Below are positions 9,848 to 19,857 of a DNA stretch of 64,000 nucleotides, piece by piece. The notes below the pieces were generated by a model that had not been told where the DNA came from, made no database searches, and worked only from the letters and a program-made list of their open reading frames with translations. The position numbers were made by a program, and so were the translations under genes. The stretch comes from a virus. Numbering within the stretch: position 1 is the stretch's first letter; each line of letters begins with the position of its first letter. The stretch lies in the IMG/VR virus record IMGVR_UViG_3300035698_006802, positions 34,703-98,702 of that record. The stretch is one strand, 5' to 3'.

Positions 9848-11083
9848 ATGGCGATCACCGTTCGAGTCCAGAATTTCCAGTCAGTTGTGGATGCCACCAT
9901 CGTGATCGATGGCTTCACGGTGATGACAGGGGGGAACAACAGCGGCAAGACCGCCCTGATGCGAGCCATCCAGGGGGTCTTCACCAACGCTGCTGCAGGC
10001 CCTCTGGTTCGCCATGGGTGTGCCCACCTGACTGTGACCATTGACTTCGGAGATGGGAACGTCGTTAAGTGGGAGAAGGGTTGGAACAAGCCTGGGAAGA
10101 AGGGGGGCACCATCAATGCCTACACCCTCAACGGCAAGCTTCTTGAGAATGTGGGGGCAAAGTGTCCCCCCGAGGTGCTCAGTCTTGGTGTCGAACCCAT
10201 CAGGGCTGGATCGTCCACTATGTGGCCCCAGGTGGCAGACCAATTCAAGGGTGTGTTGTTCCTCATAGGTTCTGCCGGTTCCGCAACTGCTGAAGCCATC
10301 GCAGATGTCAAGCGTGTGGGCAAGCTGTCAGGTGCCCTGAAGATCGCAGAAACGGACAAGCGGGCTGTGGTTTCTACGTTGAAGGTTCGTCGCAAGGACG
10401 AGGAATCCCTGGAGAAAGAGCTGGGGAGCTACGAGGGTCTTGACGATGTGGGGATCCTTGCAGACCGCACTGAAGCTGCCCTCAAGGGTGCCCGTGTAGC
10501 AGCCGTGGGGGTGGTCTCTGCCAGTGCCCTGAGGGACCAGCACACCACCTTCACCAGTCTGATTGGGGGGCTTTCTGGCATTGCAGATGTGGAAGTTCCG
10601 GGATCGGGCAGGGTGGCAACCTGTGTCACACAGAAGGGGAGCTTGAGAACAGCTCGCCGTCTGCAGAAGGACTACAACCTAAAGTCCTCAATCGTGGAGA
10701 ATCTGTCGGGTATCTCTGATGTCCCTGTGCCCGCTGCATCTAAGGTGGTGGAAGCACAGGAGGCACGGGTATCGGAAAGGGAAGCTCTGGGTCTTCGCAA
10801 GAGGGTCGCTGCTTGCCAGTCATCGTTGACTGCCGCAGAGGCGGCAGCTGATGTGGCTTCCACGCTGAGTTTGTCCAGCACGTCCAAGGCATCCAAGACA
10901 AAGAGGCTGTTGTCCTCCTTGGGGGATCTCAGGGATCGGATGGTCAAGGCTTCAAGGCTGGTTGGAGGCCTTGAAGGCAAGCTGGGCAAGGCAAAAGAGG
11001 CTCTGGAAAGCTCCCGGGTTTCTGTGAAGGAGATTCTAGGGGATATGGGCGAGTGTCCAACCTGTGGGACGGTGACAACATGA
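9848..11083 (+). CDS. sbcC: SbcC/Rad50 N-terminal half (Walker A, Q-loop, coiled coil, Zn hook)
   Basis: VQNFQS, GGNNSGKT, ADQF; ends at GECPTCG with no Walker B. Confidence 0.85.
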   Translation: MAITVRVQNFQSVVDATIVIDGFTVMTGGNNSGKTALMRAIQGVFTNAAAGPLVRHGCAHLTVTIDFGDGNVVKWEKGWNKPGKKGGTINAYTLNGKLLENVGAKCPPEVLSLGVEPIRAGSSTMWPQVADQFKGVLFLIGSAGSATAEAIADVKRVGKLSGALKIAETDKRAVVSTLKVRRKDEESLEKELGSYEGLDDVGILADRTEAALKGARVAAVGVVSASALRDQHTTFTSLIGGLSGIADVEVPGSGRVATCVTQKGSLRTARRLQKDYNLKSSIVENLSGISDVPVPAASKVVEAQEARVSEREALGLRKRVAACQSSLTAAEAAADVASTLSLSSTSKASKTKRLLSSLGDLRDRMVKASRLVGGLEGKLGKAKEALESSRVSVKEILGDMGECPTCGTVTT

Positions 11084-12399
11084 AGCCAGTAATTCTCTCT
11101 CCTGGGATCGGTGATGATCGCCCAGAGGCTCGCCTCTACTATGGGCAGGATGTCAGGAAGACCTTGAGAGGGCTTCCCGAGGGGTCTGTCCACACGGTCT
11201 GCACTTCTCCCCCCTACTGGGGTCTCAGGGACTATGGTTCTGATGGTCAGCTAGGTTCTGAGCCTACTCCCGAGGGATTTGTGGAGAACATAGTTGAAGT
11301 GTTCAGGGAGGTTGCACGTGTCTTGAGGACTGATGGCACTGTCTGGCTCAACCTTGGGGACAGCTACACATCTGGTGGAAGGGTGGGGCACGGGACAAGG
11401 GTAGGCTTCAAACAACAGACCAACCGTGGGATGAATGGCACGAACGACCCACAAGGACCTGCCCAACCCCCGGGGCTCAAGCCCAAGGATCTCGTCGGGA
11501 TCCCCTGGCGTGCAGCCCTCGCCCTCCAGGCAGACGGTTGGTATCTCCGGTCCGAGATCATCTGGTACAAGCGAAACGCGATGCCAGAGAGTGCAAAGGA
11601 CCGCTGCACAGGGTGCCACGAACATGTGTTCATGCTGGCACACCCGAAGTCCAAGGGTCGGTATTTCTACGACAACGAAGCTGTGCAGGAGCGTGCCATC
11701 TGGGCAGGTGATGACCGAGGGTCCCGACCTGATGCTCGCCGTGGAACAGAGTGCAATGCCATGCACTCCAAGACGGGGGATTGGAAGAACAAGCGAGATG
11801 TGTGGGATGTCCCCACTTCTCCCTACGGGGGAGCCCACTTCGCAGTCTGGCCTACGAAGCTCGTTGAGCCGATGATCAAGGCGGCTACGAGTGGGCACGG
11901 AGTGTGCTCTGACTGTGGTGTTCCCTGGGCACGAGTCACCGGACGCCCCTGCCAATCCTGTGGGGAGTTGATTCGCACTCAAGGCAATTCGTGCACCCAC
12001 TGTAAACATGTCAACGACTGGAAGTCCGAGCGGACTCCACCAGAGGCTCTGGGTTCTACGGAATGGTCTGGTAAAGGGCGCACCACACCCCGAAAGGTCA
12101 ATGTAGATTCTGGCAAGGAAGCAACCCTTGGGTTGAGCAAGACCATCTCTGTAGGCTGGGAGCCTACTTGTGCCTGTGAAGGTGCTGGGCTGTCCAGAGC
12201 TGTCGTCCTGGATCCCTTCTCTGGATCAGCCACCACGGGGCTGGTTGCCCTGAAGTTGGGTAGGGACTACATCGGTGTAGACCTGCAGACCGACTACCTC
12301 CCTTTGGCACAGTCCCGGGTTCGGGGAGAGAAGGCTCCAAAGCCACCTGAAGACGTAGATGGTGAAGACGTGCTCGATTTCTTTGGGGGTGGTGAGTGA
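11080..12399 (+). CDS. N4-C/N6-A DNA methyltransferase (beta class), paralog 1
   Basis: TSPPYWGLRDY, WLNLGDSY, KPKDLVGIPW, HFAVWP, LDPFSGSATT. Confidence 0.93.
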   Translation: MKPVILSPGIGDDRPEARLYYGQDVRKTLRGLPEGSVHTVCTSPPYWGLRDYGSDGQLGSEPTPEGFVENIVEVFREVARVLRTDGTVWLNLGDSYTSGGRVGHGTRVGFKQQTNRGMNGTNDPQGPAQPPGLKPKDLVGIPWRAALALQADGWYLRSEIIWYKRNAMPESAKDRCTGCHEHVFMLAHPKSKGRYFYDNEAVQERAIWAGDDRGSRPDARRGTECNAMHSKTGDWKNKRDVWDVPTSPYGGAHFAVWPTKLVEPMIKAATSGHGVCSDCGVPWARVTGRPCQSCGELIRTQGNSCTHCKHVNDWKSERTPPEALGSTEWSGKGRTTPRKVNVDSGKEATLGLSKTISVGWEPTCACEGAGLSRAVVLDPFSGSATTGLVALKLGRDYIGVDLQTDYLPLAQSRVRGEKAPKPPEDVDGEDVLDFFGGGE

Positions 12400-13694
12400 A
12401 GCCAGTAATCCTGTCACCAGGGCTTGGGGACGAGCGTCCTAAAGCCCGTCTCTACTACGGGCAGGATGTTCGGGAGACCCTGTGCGAGCTTCCTGAGGGA
12501 TCTGTCCACACGGTCTGCACCTCACCTCCCTACTGGGGCCTTCGGGACTACCAAGTGGAGGGTCAGATTGGCCTTGAACCTTCCCCAGACAGGTATGTTG
12601 AGGAAATCGTGCAGGTGTTCCGAGAGGTTGCACGTGTCTTGAGGACAGACGGCACCCTTTGGTTGAATCTGGGTGACAGTTACCAGAACAGTAAGGGTAT
12701 GGCAGGGGGTGCAAAGAAGTATCAGACAGGGGAGCACACAGTCGACAAGAAGAACGCGGCCCGGCGTTTTGGGCTTCGACCCAACGATGTTCCGATTCCC
12801 GGACTCAAGCCCAAGGATCTCGTTGGGATCCCTTGGCGTGTTGCTCTTGCCCTCCAGGCAGATGGTTGGTACCTCCGGTCAGACATCATCTGGACCAAGA
12901 CATCCGTGATGCCAGAGTCTGTGCGGGACCGCCCCACGAAGGCACATGAGTACGTGTTCCTGTTTGCCCATCCCGACAGTGGTGGCAGGTATTTCTACGA
13001 CACAGAGGCGGTGAGGGAACCTTGCACACAGGGGTCTATCCTGGATATCCAGCGGAGATCTCCCGAGTCTCGCAAGACGGATCATGGGGGGTCCCGTGTG
13101 GACATGGGTGATCGTCCTCGCACTGCATATGTTCGGCAGGATTACACCCGGAACAAGCGGACGGTCTGGAGCGTGAACCCCACTCCCTATGCGGGGGCCC
13201 ACTTCGCCGTGTGGCCTCCGAAGCTCGTGGAGCCCATGATCAAGGCAGGGACATCCGAGAAGGGTGTTTGTTCAAAATGTGGTGCTCCTCACAGGCGGGT
13301 GCTGGAGAAAGGGGCAGTCGTGAGTACAGGAGGCTCTGACAAGGGCTCTCGTGCTTCGAACATGGGGCAGGTCTCCCCCCTTGGCCAAGACCCCTCCTCA
13401 GGGGCATACAACACCGGGAACATGGTTCAACGAGAGCACATCACCACAGGATGGGAACCCACCTGTGCATGTGAAGGTGCTGATCTGTCCAGAGCTGTGG
13501 TGCTCGATCCCTTCTCTGGATCAGCTACCACGGGCATGGTCGCTCTGGATCTGGGTCGGGACTATATCGGGATCGACTTGCAGGAAGACTATCTCCCTCT
13601 AGCACAGGCCCGAATTCGAGGGGAGAGGGCTCCACAGGAGCCTGAAGACGTAGATGGAGACGACGTGTTCGATCTCTTTGGGGGTGGTGAGTGA
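12396..13694 (+). CDS. N4-C/N6-A DNA methyltransferase (beta class), paralog 2
   Basis: Same motifs as paralog 1, with near-identical N- and C-termini. Confidence 0.93.
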   Translation: MKPVILSPGLGDERPKARLYYGQDVRETLCELPEGSVHTVCTSPPYWGLRDYQVEGQIGLEPSPDRYVEEIVQVFREVARVLRTDGTLWLNLGDSYQNSKGMAGGAKKYQTGEHTVDKKNAARRFGLRPNDVPIPGLKPKDLVGIPWRVALALQADGWYLRSDIIWTKTSVMPESVRDRPTKAHEYVFLFAHPDSGGRYFYDTEAVREPCTQGSILDIQRRSPESRKTDHGGSRVDMGDRPRTAYVRQDYTRNKRTVWSVNPTPYAGAHFAVWPPKLVEPMIKAGTSEKGVCSKCGAPHRRVLEKGAVVSTGGSDKGSRASNMGQVSPLGQDPSSGAYNTGNMVQREHITTGWEPTCACEGADLSRAVVLDPFSGSATTGMVALDLGRDYIGIDLQEDYLPLAQARIRGERAPQEPEDVDGDDVFDLFGGGE

Positions 13695-14653
13695 TCAAGC
13701 TTGTGTGGCGTACCGATGTGCATCTGTCGGATCAGTCCCCAGTGTCCAGGAAGGATGACTGGGTAGAGGCGGTGTTCCGCAAGCTAGAGCAGGTTCGTCT
13801 TGTTGCAACCAAGGTGAATGCTCATGCTGTTCTCGACGGGGGAGACTTCTTCCACGTCAAGAGTCCCAGCCGGAACTCTCACCGCATTGTGGAACGGGCT
13901 GCAACTCATCATGCGAACTACCCGTGCCCTGTCTACTGCACGCCGGGAAACCACGACTCTGTGTACGGGGACTATGGGTTCTTGGAGCAGCAGCCTCTCG
14001 GGGTCCTGTATGCCGCCGGTATCTTCAAACGGCTTTACGATGCACATGAGGCTGTGTTTGAGGAGGATGGCGTCAAGGTCCGTGTCGTAGGTGTTCCCTA
14101 CCACGGCACTTCCTACGACATGGAAAGGTTCTCCTCGATCAAGAAGGGGGACGAAGACCACCTCGTAGCTGTCGCCCATGTGTTGGCTTCCCCTCAAGGG
14201 GGATCCATGTACGAGGGTGAGGACGTGCTCAAGTACAGTGACCTCGCCCAGTTTGCCCCCGATGTTTGGCTGACGGGCCACTGGCACAAGGATCAGGGCA
14301 TCCAGAGGGTCGGCGGGAAGCAGTTCGTGAACATCGGAGCATTGACCCGAGGGTCCCTGTCAAAGGATGACCTGGAGCGTCGTCCGGGCATTGCTTTGCT
14401 GTCGTTCACTGCAGATGATTGCAAGGTTCAGATTGCACGTCTGCGGGTGAGTCCTGCTGAAGACGTGTTCGACCTGGATGCCAAGGTCCGTGCAGAGGCT
14501 CGGACAATGACGGTGGATGCCTTTGTTGCGTCTGTTGAGAGTGCCCTGGGGAAGAACAACACCGGATCCCTGACGGATCTGGTGGACGGCATGGCATCAG
14601 TGCCGGAGAAGGTGCGGGAACGTGCCCTCCTCTGTCTGGAGAAGGCACCGTAG
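13691..14653 (+). CDS. sbcD: SbcD/Mre11 metallophosphoesterase nuclease
   Basis: TDVH, GGDFFH, PGNHD, AH, GHWH, NIGAL.R. Confidence 0.9.
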   Translation: MIKLVWRTDVHLSDQSPVSRKDDWVEAVFRKLEQVRLVATKVNAHAVLDGGDFFHVKSPSRNSHRIVERAATHHANYPCPVYCTPGNHDSVYGDYGFLEQQPLGVLYAAGIFKRLYDAHEAVFEEDGVKVRVVGVPYHGTSYDMERFSSIKKGDEDHLVAVAHVLASPQGGSMYEGEDVLKYSDLAQFAPDVWLTGHWHKDQGIQRVGGKQFVNIGALTRGSLSKDDLERRPGIALLSFTADDCKVQIARLRVSPAEDVFDLDAKVRAEARTMTVDAFVASVESALGKNNTGSLTDLVDGMASVPEKVRERALLCLEKAP

Positions 14654-14755
14654 TTCGGAATGGAAGACCAACACGTTCTCAAAATTGGAGACAAGCACTG
14701 GCTACAAGGCTCTGGTTGACCTTGTGTCGGTATACTGTCCTGCTAGGAGTTTCAC

Positions 14756-15715
14756 ATGGCCCGCAAGTTCACATTGTATTGGAGCAGCCTGGACAGATAC
14801 GAGCATTGCCCCCTAGGGTTTCTTTGGAATCGAGGGTGGGGGAACATTGATGTGGGTGGTGGCCCTGGAAAGGGCAAACCGAAACCCCTCCGATCAAGCC
14901 GTCACCATGCAGTGATGGGCATCGTGATTCAGGGTGTCATCGAACGCATGTACAACGATGAGCTGTGGCGTGAGCCCCGGGGTCTGAAGGACCGCCTTCT
15001 CAAGATGGTGGATAAGGAGTGGGAGTACCAGACCCGAAAGAAGTGGAACTGGATCGACTACCGCGTTGCGGGCACCAAGAGGGAGATGCTCAAGGTGTGC
15101 AAGGACGGTGTCGGTGGCTACCTGCGGACGATGAAGCAACACAAGCTCCTGGGAGAGTACAGCCGGGGCGAGGTCGAGCTGCTGGGTTGGGTCAACCAGT
15201 ACAACCCTGTGGGGGGTCGTGCTGATGTGATTCTCCGGAGAAAGGACACAGGGATCACGATCCTGGACGGCAAGAACGCCAAGTCCAAAGGCAAGTACAC
15301 GCACCCTGACCAGCTCCGTTGGTATGCCCTCCTGTTCCATCTGGCATACCGCCAGCTTCCTGACCGGATCGGGTTCAACTACTTCCGCTACCCCTACGGG
15401 GAACCCATTCTCGGTGAGGACGGCAATCAGCTCATCGGGGAAGATGGCAAGCCCGAGATCGAGGAAGGGGTGGAGTGGGTTGAATTCACGAAGGACGACT
15501 TGCGTGGCTTGGCTCACCGTGCCGTGGAAGCCCGTAGAGGGATGGACAAGGAAGAGTTCAACCCGACACCGAAGCCCGCATATTGCCGGTGGTGTGACTA
15601 CGAGACGATCTGTGAGGCACGGCAGGCACAGAAGGAGAAGAATCGTGGGCGTAGGAAGGCAAAGACCGTCGAAGGCGTCACAGGCGCAGGGGGTTTTGTT
15701 GACCTGGAATTCTAG
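14756..15715 (+). CDS. PD-(D/E)XK nuclease, Cas4/AddB-like (probable Fe-S staple)
   Basis: HCP near the N-terminus, GRAD..ILDGK, QL.WY, CRWCDYETIC. Confidence 0.85.
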   Translation: MARKFTLYWSSLDRYEHCPLGFLWNRGWGNIDVGGGPGKGKPKPLRSSRHHAVMGIVIQGVIERMYNDELWREPRGLKDRLLKMVDKEWEYQTRKKWNWIDYRVAGTKREMLKVCKDGVGGYLRTMKQHKLLGEYSRGEVELLGWVNQYNPVGGRADVILRRKDTGITILDGKNAKSKGKYTHPDQLRWYALLFHLAYRQLPDRIGFNYFRYPYGEPILGEDGNQLIGEDGKPEIEEGVEWVEFTKDDLRGLAHRAVEARRGMDKEEFNPTPKPAYCRWCDYETICEARQAQKEKNRGRRKAKTVEGVTGAGGFVDLEF

Positions 15716-15766
15716 GGGGGCTCCCTTTCAAGTGGTGGGGGTATCTCCAACGAGGAGGACAGCATC

Positions 15767-16036
15767 GTGCAGACCCTAGACGAACGCTTGGACACTGCCA
15801 TCCAGGCCAGGAACGACGTGGAGGCATCTGTTCAGCGGATTGGGGGCAAGCTCGAAGCAGCCCGCACATCCCTGGCAGCAGTCGAGACAGAATGCAGAGA
15901 GAAGGATCTTGATCCCGACAAGCTGGATGAGATCGTGAAGAAACTTGCGGAGCGGTACCAGTTGCTGGTTGAGCAGCTGGAAGAAGATGTTGAGAAAGCC
16001 AACGTCGCCCTCTCCCCCTTTTTGACGGAGAACTGA
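15767..16036 (+). CDS. Small coiled-coil hypothetical protein
   Basis: GAGGAGG RBS, GTG start, heptad pattern. Confidence 0.7.
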   Translation: MQTLDERLDTAIQARNDVEASVQRIGGKLEAARTSLAAVETECREKDLDPDKLDEIVKKLAERYQLLVEQLEEDVEKANVALSPFLTEN

Positions 16037-16037
16037 T

Positions 16038-17213
16038 ATGCGGATCGTGATTCCGAGGAAGAACCTGGAAGCTGCCCTGCGTGTGGCTGACATCAGTGTC
16101 AACAGTGGTGAGGGGTCGGAAGTGACATCTCACTTCCTGTTTCGCATCTACAAGGGTGTGGCCCAGGTTCTGAGTCAGAGCCAAAGTGTTTGTGCGTTGG
16201 TCCCTCTCGTCTGTGAATTTGAGGGGGAAGAAGGAGATGCCTTCACCATGGAGGCCAAGCGCCTCATGGGGTGGGTGAAGCCGGGCAAGGAGCGGGACAT
16301 CACCCTGGAGACCACAAAGGATCCCGGAGAGGTGAGGCTCGGTTGTGCCCAGAACACGATTCACTGCCAGAGCCTGAGTCCCACAACCTTCACCACCTGG
16401 GATGGCACTCTTGCGAAAGCAGATGTCGTTGCAGAGGGTGTGGATTCCGGGCGTCTGACCATGTCCTTCGGCTACGGCCAGCACTTCGTCTTTGACGGGC
16501 AGACCACGATGCCCCAGGTCTCACAGATCGAGGTCATGGATGGTACCATCTGGAGTACGGACCGCAAGGCCGTCTCACTGGTGACCCTGGCTGATGCAGT
16601 GGGTGAGGATGCGGAGGGAGATCCCACGGTGACCCTCGCCAAGGCAGAGAGCCGCATTATCGGCAAGGATGTCGCATCCGTAGTCAAGTTCTTCTCCCTG
16701 AAGGAGACTGAATTTGTGGATGTGCTGCAGCATGAAAGGGCTGTCTACTACCGGCGCAAGTCTGATGGTGCCACCTTCGGAGCTACACGCCCCCTGAACC
16801 CCTTCCCGACTCTGAATGTCCCGAAGGACGGGGAAGATGAGATCACCTGGGAGATCCCCTCCGCTGAGGTGACTGATGGCATTCAGTACCTGTGCTCTGC
16901 TGCCGCATGGGGGAATAGCCGTATGCGATTCACCTATGATGCAGAAACCAACAAGGTCATCCTTGGGGTGGAGTCTCTCACGGGAAGGATCGATGTCCAC
17001 TCTGTGAGCGTCCTGAAGCAGAGCAATGCGGACAAGCTTCCCTCTGGAGGCTTCTGGATGGACTACATCTACGTCAAGAAGATCATCCAGCACTTCAAGG
17101 AGAAGAAGTCCATCATCTTCGGTGTCAACCAGCGTGCCGGCAAGGGCTACGTCCGGTTCCGCCATCACGAAGGTGAGGACGTGTACCTAACCGTGGTGGT
17201 GTGGGTCTCCTGA
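16038..17213 (+). CDS. dnaN: DNA polymerase III beta sliding clamp-like protein
   Basis: About 390 aa; MRIVI...L, GDAFTMEAKRL, STDRK (ATDG-like) and FP motif match the clamp pattern; dnaX nearby. Confidence 0.7.
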   Translation: MRIVIPRKNLEAALRVADISVNSGEGSEVTSHFLFRIYKGVAQVLSQSQSVCALVPLVCEFEGEEGDAFTMEAKRLMGWVKPGKERDITLETTKDPGEVRLGCAQNTIHCQSLSPTTFTTWDGTLAKADVVAEGVDSGRLTMSFGYGQHFVFDGQTTMPQVSQIEVMDGTIWSTDRKAVSLVTLADAVGEDAEGDPTVTLAKAESRIIGKDVASVVKFFSLKETEFVDVLQHERAVYYRRKSDGATFGATRPLNPFPTLNVPKDGEDEITWEIPSAEVTDGIQYLCSAAAWGNSRMRFTYDAETNKVILGVESLTGRIDVHSVSVLKQSNADKLPSGGFWMDYIYVKKIIQHFKEKKSIIFGVNQRAGKGYVRFRHHEGEDVYLTVVVWVS

Positions 17214-17857
17214 TGCTTTCCCCTCTCCCAACCGCTGCTGTCCAAGACTTGCGATCCCGGCTCTCAAAGGCACAGGGTCATCGAGACTCTGTGAGCACGC
17301 GGTTGGGGAAGGTGAAGACGGAGATTCAGGGGCAGGAAGCAGAGAACGAGCTGTTGCAGCTCGTTTGTGAGCTGTTCCGTGCCCTGATTGACAACGAGGT
17401 CACAGAGAACGCTCAAGCCGTAGAGCGTCTGCTGACTGAGGGACTCCAAGCTGTCTACGAGGACATGGACCTTCAGGTGAAGGCCAAGATCGAAGTACAA
17501 CGGGGCAAGGTCTCCGTGGACTTGATCACGGTACAGACAGAGGGTGACGGCACAGTCACAGAGGGTAGTGCCATTGACGCCTATGGCGGGTCTGTCTCTA
17601 CAATGGAGTCGATCCTGCTTAGGATTATCGTGGTTCTCATCCGAGGGATGCGCCCGATACTCCTCCTTGATGAGTCTATGGCTGCTGTGGCAGACCAGTA
17701 CGTTCCGAATGTTGGGAAGTTCCTGTCTCTCCTGTGCAACAGGCTCAACATGGACGTTCTAGCAGTGACCCACAATCAGGTGCTTGTCGAGGCAGCAGAT
17801 CGGGCATACCGGATCCGCAAGGTGGCAGGAGCTGCAACGTTCAAGGAGCTTCGATGA
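17213..17857 (+). CDS. sbcC: SbcC/Rad50 C-terminal half (signature, Walker B, H-loop)
   Basis: Coiled coil followed by AYGGS, ILLLDE, VTHN..LVEAADRAY. Confidence 0.8.
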   Translation: MLSPLPTAAVQDLRSRLSKAQGHRDSVSTRLGKVKTEIQGQEAENELLQLVCELFRALIDNEVTENAQAVERLLTEGLQAVYEDMDLQVKAKIEVQRGKVSVDLITVQTEGDGTVTEGSAIDAYGGSVSTMESILLRIIVVLIRGMRPILLLDESMAAVADQYVPNVGKFLSLLCNRLNMDVLAVTHNQVLVEAADRAYRIRKVAGAATFKELR

Positions 17858-18546
17858 AAGATCCAGGGTCCGTTCGGCAACAGATCAAGCAGGTTCAGTT
17901 TCGGTACCTCAAGCAGCGCCTGAAGGGCCGCCTTCGGGTTGTCCCCCAAAACTGCACCCACAATGCTCTCATTCAAAACCCGCCTAGAAGGATCTGCACC
18001 AAGCTGCTCAATGAGGGTGCATCCGATGTGGGGTGTGAGGAGTGTGAGGGCATGAACCGGGCTCCCACATGCGAGTGGTTCAAGGTTCGGCGCACGAAGG
18101 AAGACCTCAAGGAGGGCTTCAAGACGTTTCTGACATCTGCTACGTTGGCAGAGATTGCAGCAGAGTACCCCGACATCGCAGCTCTCTTGTGGGTCCTGCA
18201 AGAGGATGCTCCGAACCGGGACATCGAGATTGAGATCGAGGGTGAGGAGATCCATCTTCCCGAAGTTCAGATCAACGGGGTGACGGTGCAGGTGCGAGAC
18301 ATCGAAGCACAGGCACATCTGGAGAAGTACCTCGTAGAGCAAAAGCAGCTCCAGGGGCGGACAGAAGGTGCCCTCCTGAAGGCGACTGCTATTGTTCAGG
18401 CATCTGAAATCAGAGTGAAAGCCCTAGAGGGAACCCAGAGCGACCTGACAGCGCGGCTCGTGTTGGCGACAAACCCTGTGTCCCAGCCCAATGCACCTGT
18501 TGAAGTGGTCAAACCCGTGAAGACATGGTGGTGGCCCTTTGAGTGA
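17854..18546 (+). CDS. Hypothetical protein with Cys-rich N-terminus
   Basis: ATGA overlap, AGGAG RBS, CTHN/C/CEEC/C pattern. Confidence 0.6.
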   Translation: MKDPGSVRQQIKQVQFRYLKQRLKGRLRVVPQNCTHNALIQNPPRRICTKLLNEGASDVGCEECEGMNRAPTCEWFKVRRTKEDLKEGFKTFLTSATLAEIAAEYPDIAALLWVLQEDAPNRDIEIEIEGEEIHLPEVQINGVTVQVRDIEAQAHLEKYLVEQKQLQGRTEGALLKATAIVQASEIRVKALEGTQSDLTARLVLATNPVSQPNAPVEVVKPVKTWWWPFE

Positions 18547-19129
18547 TCTCTCTAGCAGCCTGTTGCAGGTGATTGTGAATGAGGACCGGGCTTCGAAGCG
18601 GGGACAGCCCCTCCTCATTGAGTTTCCGGTGAACCGGAATCTTGAGCCTTTCCTGGTCACGTCGTCCCAAGCAACCCTGTGGGTCAAAGCATTCCCCAAC
18701 GGGAAGGTGCGTTCAGCTTGGCGGAAGCTGGAGTCCCTAGATGCATACTTCCTGGAGGTAGTGAAGGCGGTTGTCGGTGAAGGTGTCCGCAGGGGTTGGG
18801 GGAATACTCACCCCTTGACGAAGGCCGGGGTGACGGCTGCTGTTGAGTACGTCCGAGGCTATGGCTTCGAGGAACTGGAAATCCTGGCTAATCCCGAACT
18901 GCCCTGGCAGGAAGTAGACCCCGAGTGGGCAGTTGAGGACAACGGTCTCGTGTTGGCGGCCTTGGGTCTCCCCGTCCAACCTGCCCTGTGGCTCCCACCC
19001 AACACCGTGGTGGTGGTTCCTCGAAACCGGGAGTATGTCGGATTCGTGCTCCTCCTCCAGCAGAGGATGGCATCCCTGGTACACAACGCAGCCCGTGGGA
19101 TCGGGATCTCCACCTGGGGGCTTGAGTGA
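18539..19129 (+). CDS. Hypothetical protein (possible degenerate HK97-fold)
   Basis: Tight operon packing; C-terminus resembles the end of the major capsid protein. Confidence 0.5.
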   Translation: MSDLSSSLLQVIVNEDRASKRGQPLLIEFPVNRNLEPFLVTSSQATLWVKAFPNGKVRSAWRKLESLDAYFLEVVKAVVGEGVRRGWGNTHPLTKAGVTAAVEYVRGYGFEELEILANPELPWQEVDPEWAVEDNGLVLAALGLPVQPALWLPPNTVVVVPRNREYVGFVLLLQQRMASLVHNAARGIGISTWGLE

Positions 19130-19848
19130 GGGCTTGGGTCCAGAGTGCTCTGGACACAGGCAGGGATCTGCCAGAGGAAGCTGAAGGCTACCTCCTCGGT
19201 AGGGGGATGCAGGAAGCCACTATCCACAGGCTGGGGATAGCTCTGTGGAAAACCCCACCAGGGACTGCCCCTGATCCCGTGTTCCGGGAGAAGTACAAGA
19301 AGGGCAGGTTCCTGCAGGACCGGCTTGTGTGCCCATTCCTGTCACCTCGTGGAGACCTTATCGGTTTTGAGGCACGGGCATGGGAAGGGAAGAAGCGGAT
19401 CAGCGGGTACCAGCTACCGAACACCGGGTGGAACCCTTTCTTCTTGGGCCTGACCCAAGAAGCTATGCAGAAGCTGTGGGATGGTGGGGATGTCTGGATT
19501 GTGGAGGGGCTCTTTGATCTCGCCCCCCTGGAGCGTGTGGTCCCCGAGAAGGATGTCGTGCTAGCTACAGTGCGTGCCCGGCTGTCCTGGGATCATGTTG
19601 AGTTTCTACGTCGCATCCTCCAGCCCGGTGCCACTGCCCACATGGCTTATGACAACGATGAGACCGGGCAGAATCAGACACATGGGTGGACTGATGACAC
19701 GGGGAAGTGGCGTAGGGGGGCTCTGGAAGCATTGCAGTGCGTAAGAGTGCCGTGTCGAGCCATCCGGTACACGGGTGGCAAGGATCCCGGTGAGATCTGG
19801 GACAGCGGCGGAATCCAAGGGCTGCGCAAGGCGTTCGCCCACATCTGA
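19126..19848 (+). CDS. dnaG: DnaG-like primase catalytic core without Zn-binding domain
   Basis: YLLGRG, DRLVCPF..GDLIGFEAR, TOPRIM IVEGLFD and YDND..G, KDPGE. Confidence 0.8.
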   Translation: MRAWVQSALDTGRDLPEEAEGYLLGRGMQEATIHRLGIALWKTPPGTAPDPVFREKYKKGRFLQDRLVCPFLSPRGDLIGFEARAWEGKKRISGYQLPNTGWNPFFLGLTQEAMQKLWDGGDVWIVEGLFDLAPLERVVPEKDVVLATVRARLSWDHVEFLRRILQPGATAHMAYDNDETGQNQTHGWTDDTGKWRRGALEALQCVRVPCRAIRYTGGKDPGEIWDSGGIQGLRKAFAHI

Positions 19849-19857
19849 GGGAATTCA

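Noticed and set aside
14756-15715. Cas4 as part of a CRISPR-Cas system
   Set aside because: No cas1/cas2 or array in the window; solo Cas4-like nucleases are common in phage recombination blocks
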